From assembly GCA_964016885.1 (NCBI GenBank), contig OZ024740.1:319238001-319302000 (forward strand): a stretch of 64,000 nt of DNA, in the 5' to 3' direction. Made by a program: the position numbers and the translations under genes. Positions 12,013 to 27,600 of the stretch are shown here, in pieces. The notes beneath the pieces are model-generated. The model searched no databases. It saw only the letters and a list, made by a program, of their open reading frames with translations, and had not been told where the DNA came from. Origin of the DNA: Eledone cirrhosa. Its lineage: Eukaryota. Within the stretch, counting starts at the first letter, position 1, and every line of letters starts with the position of its first letter.

Positions 12013-15000
12013 TTCGAAGTCTTTCTACTACAATACTCACAACAAATAATCCAGGATTGTCTCGTCTATTTCCACACCTTACATTTTATCTGATATTCTA
12101 ACGACTCTACCCATAAGCTGTATTTCTACTACAATACTAACTTCAAATAATCCAGGATTGTCACGTCTATTTCCACACCTTACATTCTATCTGATATTCT
12201 AACGACTCTACCAATTCGAAGTCTTTCTACTACAATACTAACAACAAATAATTTACGATTGTCTCGTCTATTTCCACAACTTACATTCTATCTGACGTTC
12301 TAACGATTCTACCCATTCGCTGTATTTCTACTAAAATACTAACTTCAAATAATCCAGGATTGTCTCGTCTATTTCCACAACTTACATTCTATCTGACATT
12401 CTAACGACTCGACCAATTCGAAGTCTTTCTACTACAATACTCACAACAAATAATCAAGGATTGTAACGTCTATTTCCACAACTTACATTCTATCTGTCAT
12501 TCTAACGACTCTACCAATTCGAAGTCTTTCTACTACAATACTCACAACAAATAATCCAGGATTGTCTCGTCTATTTCCACACCTTACATTCTATCTGACA
12601 TTCTAACGACTCTACCAATTCGAAGTCTTTCTACTACAATACTCACAACAAATAATCCAGGATTGTCTCCTCTATTTCCACAACTTACATTCTATCTGTC
12701 ATTCTAACGACACTACCAATTCGAAGTCTTTCTACTACAATACTAACTTTAAATAATCCAGGATTGTCTCCTCTATTTCAACAACTTACATTCTATCTGA
12801 CATTCTAACGACTCTACCAATTTGAGGTCTTTCTACTACAATACTCACAACAAATTATCCAGGATTGTCTCGTCTATTTCTACACCTTACATTCTATCTG
12901 ACATTCTAACGACTCTACCAATTCGCTGTATTTCTACTAAAATACTAATTTCAAATAATCCAGGATTGTCTCATCTATTTCCACAACTTACATTCTATCT
13001 GATATTCTAACGACTCTACCAATTCAAGGTCTTTCTACTACAATACTCACAACAAATAATCCAGGATTGTCTCGTCTATTTCCACATCTTACATTCTATC
13101 TCACATTCTAACGACTCTACCAATTCGCTGTTTTTCTAATACAATACCAACTTCAAATAATCCGGGATTGTCTCGTCTATTTCCACAACTTACATTCTGT
13201 CTGACATTCTAACGACTCTACCAATTCGAAGTCATTCTACTACAATACTCACAACAAATAATCCAGGATTGTCTCGTCTATTTCCACAACTTACATTCTA
13301 TCTAAAAGTCTAACGACTCTACCAATTCGAAGTCTTTCTTCTACAATACTAACATCAACTAATCTAGGATTGTCTCGTCTATTTCCACAACTTACATATC
13401 TGACATTCTAACGACTCTACCAATTTGAAGTCTTTCTACTACAATACTCACAACAAATAATCAAGGATTGTCACGTCTATTTCCACAACTTACATTCTAT
13501 CTGATATTCTAACGACACTACCAATTCGAAGTCTTTCTACTACAGTACTCACAACAAATATTCAAGGTTTGTAACGTCTATTTCCACAACTTACATTCTA
13601 TCTGACATTCTAACGACTCTACCAATTCGAAGTCTTTCTACTACAATACTCACGACAAATAATCCAGGATTGTCTCCTCTATTTCAACAACTTACATTCT
13701 ATCTGACATTCTAACGACTCTACCAATTCGAGGTCTTTCTACTACAATACTCACAACAAATAATCCAGGATTGTCTCGTCTATTTCCACAACTTACATTC
13801 CATCTCACATTCTAACGACTCTACCAATTCGAGGTCTTTCTACTAAAATACTAACTTCAAATAATCCAGGATTGTCTCGTCTGTTTCCACAACTTACATT
13901 CCATCTCACATTCTAACGACTCTACCAATTCGAAGTCTTTCTACTACAGTACTCACAACAAATATTCAAGGTTTGTATCGTCTATTTCCACAACTTACAT
14001 TGATCTGACATTCTAACGACTGTACCAATTCGAAGCCTTTCTACTATAATACTCACAACAAATAATCCAGGATTGTCTCGTCTATTTCCACACCTTACAT
14101 TCTATCTGACATTCTAACGACTCTACCAATTCGAAGTCTTTCTACTACAATACTAACTTCAAATAATCCAGGATTGTCTCGTCTATTTCCACAACTTACA
14201 TTCTATCTGACATTCTAACGACTCTACCAATTCGAAGTCTTTCTACTACAATACTCACAACAAATAATCTAGGATTGTCTCGTCTATTTCCACAACTTAC
14301 ATTCTATCTGACATTCTAACGACTCTACCAATTCGAAGTCTTTCCCACTACAATACTCACAACAAATAATCCAGGATTGTCTCGTCTATTTCCACACCTT
14401 ACATTTTATCTGATATTCTAACGACTCTACCCATAAGCTGTATTTCTACTACAATACTAACTTCAAATGATCCAGGATTGTCACGTCTATTTCCACAACT
14501 TACATTCTATCTGATATTCTAACGACTCTACCAATTCGAAGTCTTTCTACTACAATACTAACAACAAATAATTTACGATTGTCTCGTCTATTTCCACAAC
14601 TTACATTCTATCTGACGTTCTAACGATTCTACCCATTCGCTGTATTTCTACTAAAATACTAACTTCAAATAATCCAGGATTGTCTCGTCTATTTCCACAA
14701 CTTACATTCTATCTGACATTCTAACGACTCTACCAATTCGAAGTCTTTCTACTACAATACTCACAACAAATAATCCAGGATTGTCTCGTCTATTTCCACA
14801 CCTTACGTTCTATCTGACATTCTAACGACTCTACCAATTCGAAGTCTTTCTACTACAATACTCACAACAAATAATCCAGGATTGTCTCCTCTATTTCCAC
14901 AACTTACATTCTATCTGTCATTCTAACGACACTACCAATTCGAAGTCTTTCTACTACAATACTAACTTTAAATAATCCAGGATTGTCTCCTCTATTTCAA

Positions 15001-18000
15001 CAACTTACATTCTATCTGACATTCTAACGACTCTACCAATTTGAGGTCTTTCTACTACAATACTCACAACAAATTATCCAGGATTGTCTCGTCTATTTCT
15101 ACACCTTACATTCTATCTGACATTCTAACGACTCTACCAATTCGCTGTATTTCTACTAAAATACTAACTTCAAATAATCCAGGATTGTCTCATCTATTTC
15201 CACAACTTACATTCTATCTGATATTCTAACGACTCTACCAATTCAAGGTCTTTCTACTACAATACTCACAACAAATAATCCAGGATTGTCTCGTCTATTT
15301 CCACATCTTACATTCTATCTCACATTCTAACGACTCTACCAATTCGCTGTTTTTCTAATACAATACCAACTTCAAATATAATCCGGGATTGTCTCGTCTA
15401 TTTCCACAACTTACATTCTGTCTGACATTCTAACGACTCTACCAATTCGAAGTCATTCTACTACAATACTCACAACAAATAATCCAGGATTGTCTCGTCT
15501 ATTTCCACAACTTACATTCTATCTAAAAGTCTAACGACTCTACCAATTCGAAGTCTTTCTTCTACAATACTAACATCAACTAATCTAGGATTGTCTCGTC
15601 TATTTCCACAACTTACATATCTGACATTCTAACGACTCTACCAATTTGAAGTCTTTCTACTACAATACTCACAACAAATAATCAAGGATTGTCACGTCTA
15701 TTTCCACAACTTACATTCTATCTGATATTCTAACGACACTACCAATTCGAAGTCTTTCTACTACAATACTAACTTTAAATAATCCAGGATTGTCTCCTCT
15801 ATTTCAACAATTTACATTCTATCTGACATTCTAACGACTCTACCAATTCGAGGTCTTTCTACTACAATACTCACAACAAATAATCCAGGATTGTCTCGTC
15901 TGTTTCCACACCTTACATTCTATCTGACATTCTAACGACTCTACCAATTCGCTGTATTTCTACTAAAATACTAACTTCAAATAATCCAGGATTGTCTCAT
16001 CTATTTCCACAACTTACATTCTATCTGATATTCGAACGACTCTACCAATTCGAAGTATTTCTACTACAATACTAACAACAAATAATCCAGGATTGTCTCG
16101 TCTATTTCCACAACTTACATACTATCTGACATTCTAACGACTCTACCAATTCGAAGTCTTTCTACTACAATACTAACTTTAAATAATCCAGGATTGTCTC
16201 CTCTATTTCCACAACTTACATTCTATCTGATATTCGAACGACTCTACCAATTCGAAGTCTTTCTACTACAATACTAACTTTAAATAATCCAGGATTGTCT
16301 CCTCTATTTCAACAACTTACATTCTATCTGACATTCTAACGACTCTACCAATTTGAGGTCTTTCTACTACAATACTCACAACAAATTATCCAGGATTGTC
16401 TCGTCTATTTCTACACCTTACATTCTATCTGACATTCTAACGACTCTACCAATTCGCTGTATTTCTACTAAAATACTAACTTCAAATAATCCAGGATTGT
16501 CTCATCTATTTCCACAACTTACATTCTATCTGATATTCTAACGACTCTACCAATTCAAGGTCTTTCTACTACAATACTCACAACAAATAATCCAGGATTG
16601 TCTCGTCTATTTCCACATCTTACATTCTATCTCACATTCTAACGACTCTACCAATTCGCTGTTTTTCTAATACAATACCAACTTCAAATAATCCGGGATT
16701 GTCTCGTCTATTTCCACAACTTACATTCTGTCTGACATTCTAACGACTCTACCAATTCGAAGTCATTCTACTACAATACTCACAACAAATAATCCAGGAT
16801 TGTCTCGTCTATTTCCACAACTTACATTCTATCTAAAAGTCTAACGACTCTACCAATTCGAAGTCTTTCTTCTACAATACTAACATCAACTAATCTAGGA
16901 TTGTCTCGTCTATTTCCACAACTTACATATCTGACATTCTAACGACTCTACCAATTTGAAGTCTTTCTACTACAATACTCACAACAAATAATCAAGGATT
17001 GTAACGTCTATTTCCACAACTTACATTCTATCTGACATTCTAACGACTCTACCAATTCGAAGTCTTTCTACTACAATACTCACGACAAATAATCCAGGAT
17101 TGTCTCCTCTATTTCAACAACTTACATTCTATCTGACATTCTAACGACTCTACCAATTCGAGGTCTTTCTACTACAATACTAACAACAAATAATCCAGGA
17201 TTGTCTCGTCTATTTCCACAACTTACATTCCATCTCACATTCTAACGACTCTACCAATTCGAGGTCTTTCTACTAAAATACTAACTTCAAATAATCCAGG
17301 ATTGTCTCGTCTGTTTCCACAACTTACATTCCATCTCACATTCTAACGACTCTACCAATTCGAAGTCTTTCTACTACAGTACTCACAACAAATATTCAAG
17401 GTTTGTATCGTCTATTTCCACAACTTACATTGATCTGACATTCTAACGACTGTACCAATTCGAAGCCTTTCTACTACAATACTCACAACAAATAATCCAG
17501 GATTGTCTCGTCTATTTCCACACCTTACATTCTATCTGACATTCTAACGACTCTACCAATTCGAAGTCTTTCTACTACAATACTAACTTCAAATAATCCA
17601 GGATTGTCTCGTCTATTTCCACAACTTACATTCTATCTGACATTCTAACGACTCTACCAATTCGAAGTCTTTCTACTACAATACTCACAACAAATAATCT
17701 AGGATTGTCTCGTCTATTTCCACAACTTACATTCTATCTGACATTCTAACGACTCTACCAATTCGAAGTCTTTCTACTACAATACTCACAACAAATAATC
17801 CAGGATTGTCTCGTCTATTTCCACACCTTACATTTTATCTGATATTCTAACGACTCTACCCATAAGCTGTATTTCTACTACAATACTAACTTCAAATAAT
17901 CCAGGATTGTCACGTCTATTTCCACACCTTACATTCTATCTGATATTCTAACGACTCTACCAATTCGAAGTCTTTCTACTACAATACTAACAACAAATAA

Positions 18001-21000
18001 TTTACGATTGTCTCGTCTATTTCCACAACTTACATTCTATCTGACGTTCTAACGATTCTACCCATTCGCTGTATTTCTACTAAAATACTAACTTCAAATA
18101 ATCCAGGATTGTCTCGTCTATTTCCACAACTTACATTCTATCTGACATTCTAACGACTCGACCAATTCGAAGTCTTTCTACTACAATACTCACAACAAAT
18201 AATCAAGGATTGTAACGTCTATTTCCACAACTTACATTCTATCTGTCATTCTAACGACTCTACCAATTCGAAGTCTTTCTACTACAATACTCACAACAAA
18301 TAATCCAGGATTGTCTCGTCTATTTCCACACCTTACATTCTATCTGACATTCTAACGACTCTACCAATTCGAAGTCTTTCTACTACAATACTCACAACAA
18401 ATAATCCAGGATTGTCTCCTCTATTTCCACAACTTACATTCTATCTGTCATTCTAACGACACTACCAATTCGAAGTCTTTCTACTACAATACTAACTTTA
18501 AATAATCCAGGATTGTCTCCTCTATTTCAACAACTTACATTCTATCTGACATTCTAACGACTCTACCAATTTGAGGTCTTTCTACTACAATACTCACAAC
18601 AAATTATCCAGGATTGTCTCGTCTATTTCTACACCTTACATTCTATCTGACATTCTAACGACTCTACCAATTCGCTGTATTTCTACTAAAATACTAACTT
18701 CAAATAATCCAGGATTGTCTCATCTATTTCCACAACTTACATTCTATCTGATATTCTAACGACTCTACCAATTCAAGGTCTTTCTACTACAATACTCACA
18801 ACAAATAATCCAGGATTGTCTCGTCTATTTCCACATCTTACATTCTATCTCACATTCTAACGACTCTACCAATTCGCTGTTTTTCTAATACAATACCAAC
18901 TTCAAATAATCCGGGATTGTCTCGTCTATTTCCACAACTTACATTCTGTCTGACATTCTAACGACTCTACCAATTCGAAGTCATTCTACTACAATACTCA
19001 CAACAAATAATCCAGGATTGTCTCGTCTATTTCCACAACTTACATTCTATCTAAAAGTCTAACGACTCTACCAATTCGAAGTCTTTCTTCTACAATACTA
19101 ACATCAACTAATCTAGGATTGTCTCGTCTATTTCCACAACTTACATATCTGACATTCTAACGACTCTACCAATTTGAAGTCTTTCTACTACAATACTCAC
19201 AACAAATAATCAAGGATTGTCACGTCTATTTCCACAACTTACATTCTATCTGACATTCTAACGACTCTACCAATTCGCTGTATTTCTACTAAAATACTAA
19301 CTTCAAATAATCCAGGATTGTCTCATCTATTTCCACAACTTACATTCTATCTGATATTCGAACGACTCTACCAATTCGAAGTATTTCTACTACAATACTA
19401 ACAACAAATAATCCAGGATTGTCTCGTCTATTTCCACAACTTACATACTATCTGACATTCTAACGACTCTACCAATTCGAAGTCTTTCTACTACAATACT
19501 AACTTTAAATAATCCAGGATTGTCTCCTCTATTTCCACAACTTACATTCTATCTGATATTCGAACGACTCTACCAATTCGAAGTCTTTCTACTACAATAC
19601 TAACTTTAAATAATCCAGGATTGTCTCCTCTATTTCAACAACTTACATTCTATCTGACATTCTAACGACTCTACCAATTTGAGGTCTTTCTACTACAATA
19701 CTCACAACAAATTATCCAGGATTGTCTCGTCTATTTCTACACCTTACATTCTATCTGACATTCTAACGACTCTACCAATTCGCTGTATTTCTACTAAAAT
19801 ACTAACTTCAAATAATCCAGGATTGTCTCATCTATTTCCACAACTTATATTCTGTCTGACATTCTAACGACTCTACCAATTCGAAGTCATTCTACTACAA
19901 TACTCACAACAAATAATCCAGGATTGTCTCGTCTATTTCCACATCTTACATTCTATCTCACATTCTAACGACTCTACCAATTCGCTGTTTTTCTTATACA
20001 ATACCAACTTCAAATAATCCGGGATTGTCTCGTCTATTTCCACAACTTACATTCTGTCTGACATTCTAACGACTCTACCAATTCGAAGTCATTCTACTAC
20101 AATACTCACAACAAATAATCCAGGATTGTCTCGTCTATTTCCACAACTTACATTCTATCTAAAAGTCTAACGACTCTACCAATTCGAAGTCTTTCTTCTA
20201 CAATACTAACATCAACTAATCTAGGATTGTCTCGTCTATTTCCACAACTTACATATCTGACATTCTAACGACTCTACCAATTTGAAGTCTTTCTACTACA
20301 ATACTCACAACAAATAATCAAGGATTGTCACGTCTATTTCCACAACTTACATTCTATCTGATATTCTAACGACACTACCAATTCGAAGTCTTTCTACTAC
20401 AATACTAACTTTAAATAATCCAGGATTGTCTCCTCTATTTCCACACCTTACATTCTATCTGACATTCTAACGACTCTACCAATTCGCTGTATTTCTACTA
20501 AAATACTAACTTCAAATAATCCAGGATTGTCTCATCTATTTCCACAACTTACATTCTATCTGATATTCGAACGACTCTACCAATTCGAAGTATTTCTACT
20601 ACAATACTAACAACAAATAATCCAGGATTGTCTCGTCTATTTCCACAACTTACATACTATCTGACATTCTAACGACTCTACCAATTCGAAGTCTTTCTAC
20701 TACAATACTAACTTTAAATAATCCAGGATTGTCTCCTCTATTTCCACAACTTACATTCTATCTGATATTCGAACGACTCTACCAATTCGAAGTCTTTCTA
20801 CTACAATACTAACTTTAAATAATCCAGGATTGTCTCCTCTATTTCAACAACTTACATTCTATCTGACATTCTAACGACTCTACCAATTCGAGGTCTTTCT
20901 ACTACAATACTCACAACAAATAATCCAGGATTGTCTCGTCTATTTCCACACCTTACATTCTATCTGACATTCTAACGACTCTACCCATTCGCTGTATTTC

Positions 21001-23021
21001 TACTAAAATACTAACTTCAAATAATCCAGGATTGTCTCGTCTATTTCCACAACTTACATTCCATCTCACATTCTAACGACTCTACCAATTCGAAGTCTTT
21101 CTACTACAGTACTCACAACAAATAATCAAGGTTTGTATCGTCTATTTCCACAACTTACATTCTATCTGACATTCTAACGACTCTACCAATTCGAAGTCTT
21201 TCTACTACAATACTCACAACAAATAATCCAGGATTGTCTCCTCTATTTCCACAACTTACATTCTATCTGACATTCTAACGACTCTACCAATTCGCTGTAT
21301 TTCTACTAAAATACTAACTTCAAATAATCCAGGATTGTCTCATCTATTTCCACAAATTACATTCTATCTGATATGCTAACGACTCTACCAATTCAGGGTC
21401 TTTCTACTACAATACTCACAACAAATAATCCAGGATTGTCTCGTCTATTTCCACAACTTACATTCTATCTCACATTCTAACGACTCTACCAATTCGCTGT
21501 CTTTCTAATACAATACTAACTTCAAATAATCAAGGATTGTCTCGTCTATTTCCACAACTTACATTCTGTCTGACATTCTAACGACTCTACCAATTCGAAG
21601 TCATTCTACTACAATACTCACAACAAATAATCCAGGATTGTCTCGTCTATTTCCACAACTTACATTCTATCTAAAAGTCTAACGACTCTACCAATTCGAA
21701 GTCTTTCTACTACAATACTAACATCAACTAATCTAGGATTGTCTCGTCTATTTCCACAACTTACATATCTGACATTCTAACGACTCTACCAATTTGAAGT
21801 CTTTCTACTACAATACTCACAACAAATAATCAAGGATTGTCACGTCTATTTCCACAACTTACATTCTATGTGATATTCTAACGACACTACCAATTCGAAG
21901 TCTTTCTACTACAATACTAACTTTAAATAATCCAGGATTGTCTCCTCTATTTCAACAACTTACATTCTATCTGACATTCTAACGACTCTACCAATTCGAA
22001 GTCTTTCTACTACAATACTAACTTTAAATAATCCAGGATTGTCTCCTCTATTTCAACAACTTACATTCTATCTGACATTCTAACGACTCTACCAATTTGA
22101 GGTCTTTCTACTACAATACTCACAACAAATTATCCAGGATTGTCTCGTCTATTTCTACACCTTACATTCTATCTGACATTCTAACGACTCTACCAAATCG
22201 CTGTATTTCTACTAACATACAAACTTCAAATAATCCAGGATTGTCTCATCTATTTCCACAACTTACATTCTATCTGATATTCTAACGACTCTACCAATTC
22301 AAGGCCTTTCTACTACAATACTCACAACAAATAATCCAGGATTGTCTCGTCTATTTCCACATCTTACATTCTATCTCACATTCTAACGACTCTACCAATT
22401 CGAAGTCTTTCTACTACAATACTAACATCAACTAATCTAGGATTGTCTCGTCTATTTCCACAACTTACATATATGACATTCTAACGACTCTACCAATTCG
22501 AGGTCTTTCTACTACAATACTCACAACAAATAATCCAGGATTGTCTCGTCTATTTCCACACCTTACATTCTATCTGACATTCTAACGACTCTACCGATTC
22601 GCTGTATTTCTACTAAAATACTAACTTCAAATAATCCAGGATTGTCTCGTCTATTTCCACAACTTACATTCTATCTCACATTCTAACGACTCTACCAATT
22701 CGCTGTCTTTCTAATACAATACTAACTTCAAATAATACGGGATTGTCTCGTCTATTTCCACAACTTACATTCTATCTGACATTCTAACGACTCTACCAAT
22801 TCGAAGTCATTCTACTAAAATACTCACAACAAATAATCCAGGATTGTCTCGTCTATTTCCACAACTTACATTCTATCTAAAAGTCTAACGACTCTACCAA
22901 TTCGAAGTCTTTCTACTACAATGCTAACATCAACTAATCTAGGATTGTCTCGTCTATTTCCACAACTTACATTCTATCTGACATTCTAACGATTCTACCA
23001 ATTTGAAGTCTTTCTACTACA
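12013..23021. repeat. Large tandem duplication A, copy 2 (lacks one monomer present at about 3532-3632 in copy 1)
   Basis: Same monomer-variant order as 823-11932. The offset drops by exactly 101 bp near 14720. The match ends at 11933(G) versus 23022(A). Confidence 0.93.
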
Positions 23022-24556
23022 ATACTCACAACAAATAATCAAGAATTGTCTCGTCTATTTCCACACCTTACATTTATCTGATATTCTAACGACTCTACCA
23101 ATTCGAAGACTTTTTACTACAATACTAACAACAAATAATTTAGGATTGTCTCGTTTATTTCCACAACTTACATTCTATCTGACGTTCTAACGATTCTACC
23201 CATTCGCTGTATTTCTACTAAAATACTAACTTCAAATAATCCAGGATTGTCTCGTCTATTTCCACAACTTACATTCCATCTCACATTCTAACGACTCTAC
23301 CAATTCGAAGTCTTTCTACTACATTACTCACGACAAATAATCCAGGATTGTCTCCTCTATTTCAACAACTTACATTCTATCTGACATTCAAATGACTCTA
23401 CCAATTCGAGGTCTTTCTACTACAATACTCACAACAAATAATCCAGGATTGTCTCGTCTATTTCCACACCTTACATTTTATCTGATATTCAAACGACTCT
23501 ACCCATAAGCTGTATTTCTACTACAATACTAACTTCAAATAATCCAGGATTGTCACGTCTATTTCCACAACTTACATTCTATCTGACATTCTAACGACTC
23601 TACCCATTCGCTGTATTTCTACTACGATACTAACTTCAAATAATCCAGGATTGTCACGTCTATTTCCACAACTTACATTCTATCCGATATTCTAACGACT
23701 CTACCAATTCGAAGACTTTTTACTACAATACTAACAACAAATAATCCAGGATTGTCTCGTCTATTTCCACACCTTACATTCTATCTGACATTCTAACGAC
23801 TCTACCAATTCGAAGTCTTTCTACTACAATACTAACTTCAAATAATCCAGGATTGTCTCGTCTATTTCCACAACTTACATTCTATCTGACATTCTAACGA
23901 CTCTACCAATTCGAAGTTTTTCTACTACAATACTAACAACAAATAATCTAGGATTGTCTCGTCTATTTCCACAACTTACATTCTATCTGACATTCTAACG
24001 ACTCTACCAATTCAAAGTCTTTCTACTACAATACTCACACAAATAATCCAGGATTGTCTCGTCTATTTCCACACCTTACATTTTATCTGATATTCTAACG
24101 ACTCTACCAATTCGAGGTCTTTCTACTACAATACTCACAACAAATAATCCAGGATTGTCTCGTCTATTTCCACAACTTACATTCTATCTCACATTCTAAC
24201 GACTCTACCAATTCGCTGTCTTTCTAATACAATACTAACTTCAAATAATCCGGGATTGTCTCGTCCATTTCCACAACTTACATTCTGTCTGACATTCTAA
24301 CGACTCTACCAATTCGAAGTCATTCTACTACAATACTCACAACAAATAATCCAGGATTGTCTCGTCTATTTCCACAACTTACATTCTAGCTAAAAGTCTA
24401 ACGACTCTACCAATTCGAAGTCTTTCTACTACAATACTAACATCAACTAATCTAGGATTGTCTCGTCTATTTCCACAACTTACATATCTGACATTCTAAC
24501 GACTCTACCAATTTGAAGTCTTTCTACTACAATACTCACAACAAATAATCCAGGAT
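17760..24556. repeat. Large tandem duplication B, copy 1 (about 6.8 kb; overlaps the end of A copy 2)
   Basis: Markers 18571/19679/22097 recur at 25422/26732/29150 (offsets 6851, then 7053). Rare markers are shared: CAAGAATT ~23040/~30093, CATTCAAATGAC ~23385/~30439, CTCACACAAA 1-bp deletion ~24034/~31088, CTAGCTAAAAG ~24386/~31440. Confidence 0.9.
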
Positions 24557-24611
24557 TGTCACGTCTATTTCCACAACTTACATTCTATCTGATATTCTAA
24601 CGACACTACCA

Positions 24612-27600
24612 ATTCGAAGTCTTTCTACTACAATACTCACAACAAATAATCCAGGATTGTCTCGTCTATTTCCACACCTTACATTTTATCTGATATTCTA
24701 ACGACTCTACCCATAAGCTGTATTTCTACTACAATACTAACTTCAAATAATCCAGGATTGTCACGTCTATTTCCACACCTTACATTCTATCTGATATTCT
24801 AACGACTCTACCAATTCGAAGTCTTTCTACTACAATACTAACAACAAATAATTTACGATTGTCTCGTCTATTTCCACAACTTACATTCTATCTGACGTTC
24901 TAACGATTCTACCCATTCGCTGTATTTCTACTAAAATACTAACTTCAAATAATCCAGGATTGTCTCGTCTATTTCCACAACTTACATTCTATCTGACATT
25001 CTAACGACTCGACCAATTCGAAGTCTTTCTACTACAATACTCACAACAAATAATCAAGGATTGTAACGTCTATTTCCACAACTTACATTCTATCTGTCAT
25101 TCTAACGACTCTACCAATTCGAAGTCTTTCTACTACAATACTCACAACAAATAATCCAGGATTGTCTCGTCTATTTCCACACCTTACATTCTATCTGACA
25201 TTCTAACGACTCTACCAATTCGAAGTCTTTCTACTACAATACTCACAACAAATAATCCAGGATTGTCTCCTCTATTTCCACAACTTACATTCTATCTGTC
25301 ATTCTAACGACACTACCAATTCGAAGTCTTTCTACTACAATACTAACTTTAAATAATCCAGGATTGTCTCCTCTATTTCAACAACTTACATTCTATCTGA
25401 CATTCTAACGACTCTACCAATTTGAGGTCTTTCTACTACAATACTCACAACAAATTATCCAGGATTGTCTCGTCTATTTCTACACCTTACATTCTATCTG
25501 ACATTCTAACGACTCTACCAATTCGCTGTATTTCTACTAAAATACTAACTTCAAATAATCCAGGATTGTCTCATCTATTTCCACAACTTACATTCTATCT
25601 GATATTCTAACGACTCTACCAATTCAAGGTCTTTCTACTACAATACTCACAACAAATAATCCAGGATTGTCTCGTCTATTTCCACATCTTACATTCTATC
25701 TCACATTCTAACGACTCTACCAATTCGCTGTTTTTCTAATACAATACCAACTTCAAATAATCCGGGATTGTCTCGTCTATTTCCACAACTTACATTCTGT
25801 CTGACATTCTAACGACTCTACCAATTCGAAGTCATTCTACTACAATACTCACAACAAATAATCCAGGATTGTCTCGTCTATTTCCACAACTTACATTCTA
25901 TCTAAAAGTCTAACGACTCTACCAATTCGAAGTCTTTCTTCTACAATACTAACATCAACTAATCTAGGATTGTCTCGTCTATTTCCACAACTTACATATC
26001 TGACATTCTAACGACTCTACCAATTTGAAGTCTTTCTACTACAATACTCACAACAAATAATCAAGGATTGTCACGTCTATTTCCACAACTTACATTCTAT
26101 CTGATATTCTAACGACACTACCAATTCGAAGTCTTTCTACTACAATACTAACTTTAAATAATCCAGGATTGTCTCCTCTATTTCAACAATTTACATTCTA
26201 TCTGACATTCTAACGACTCTACCAATTCGAGGTCTTTCTACTACAATACTCACAACAAATAATCCAGGATTGTCTCGTCTGTTTCCACACCTTACATTCT
26301 ATCTGACATTCTAACGACTCTACCAATTCGCTGTATTTCTACTAAAATACTAACTTCAAATAATCCAGGATTGTCTCATCTATTTCCACAACTTACATTC
26401 TATCTGATATTCGAACGACTCTACCAATTCGAAGTATTTCTACTACAATACTAACAACAAATAATCCAGGATTGTCTCGTCTATTTCCACAACTTACATA
26501 CTATCTGACATTCTAACGACTCTACCAATTCGAAGTCTTTCTACTACAATACTAACTTTAAATAATCCAGGATTGTCTCCTCTATTTCCACAACTTACAT
26601 TCTATCTGATATTCGAACGACTCTACCAATTCGAAGTCTTTCTACTACAATACTAACTTTAAATAATCCAGGATTGTCTCCTCTATTTCAACAACTTACA
26701 TTCTATCTGACATTCTAACGACTCTACCAATTTGAGGTCTTTCTACTACAATACTCACAACAAATTATCCAGGATTGTCTCGTCTATTTCTACACCTTAC
26801 ATTCTATCTGACATTCTAACGACTCTACCAATTCGCTGTATTTCTACTAAAATACTAACTTCAAATAATCCAGGATTGTCTCATCTATTTCCACAACTTA
26901 TATTCTGTCTGACATTCTAACGACTCTACCAATTCGAAGTCATTCTACTACAATACTCACAACAAATAATCCAGGATTGTCTCGTCTATTTCCACATCTT
27001 ACATTCTATCTCACATTCTAACGACTCTACCAATTCGCTGTTTTTCTAATACAATACCAACTTCAAATAATCCGGGATTGTCTCGTCTATTTCCACAACT
27101 TACATTCTGTCTGACATTCTAACGACTCTACCAATTCGAAGTCATTCTACTACAATACTCACAACAAATAATCCAGGATTGTCTCGTCTATTTCCACAAC
27201 TTACATTCTATCTAAAAGTCTAACGACTCTACCAATTCGAAGTCTTTCTTCTACAATACTAACATCAACTAATCTAGGATTGTCTCGTCTATTTCCACAA
27301 CTTACATATCTGACATTCTAACGACTCTACCAATTTGAAGTCTTTCTACTACAATACTCACAACAAATAATCAAGGATTGTCACGTCTATTTCCACAACT
27401 TACATTCTATCTGATATTCTAACGACACTACCAATTCGAAGTCTTTCTACTACAATACTAACTTTAAATAATCCAGGATTGTCTCCTCTATTTCCACACC
27501 TTACATTCTATCTGACATTCTAACGACTCTACCAATTCGCTGTATTTCTACTAAAATACTAACTTCAAATAATCCAGGATTGTCTCATCTATTTCCACAA

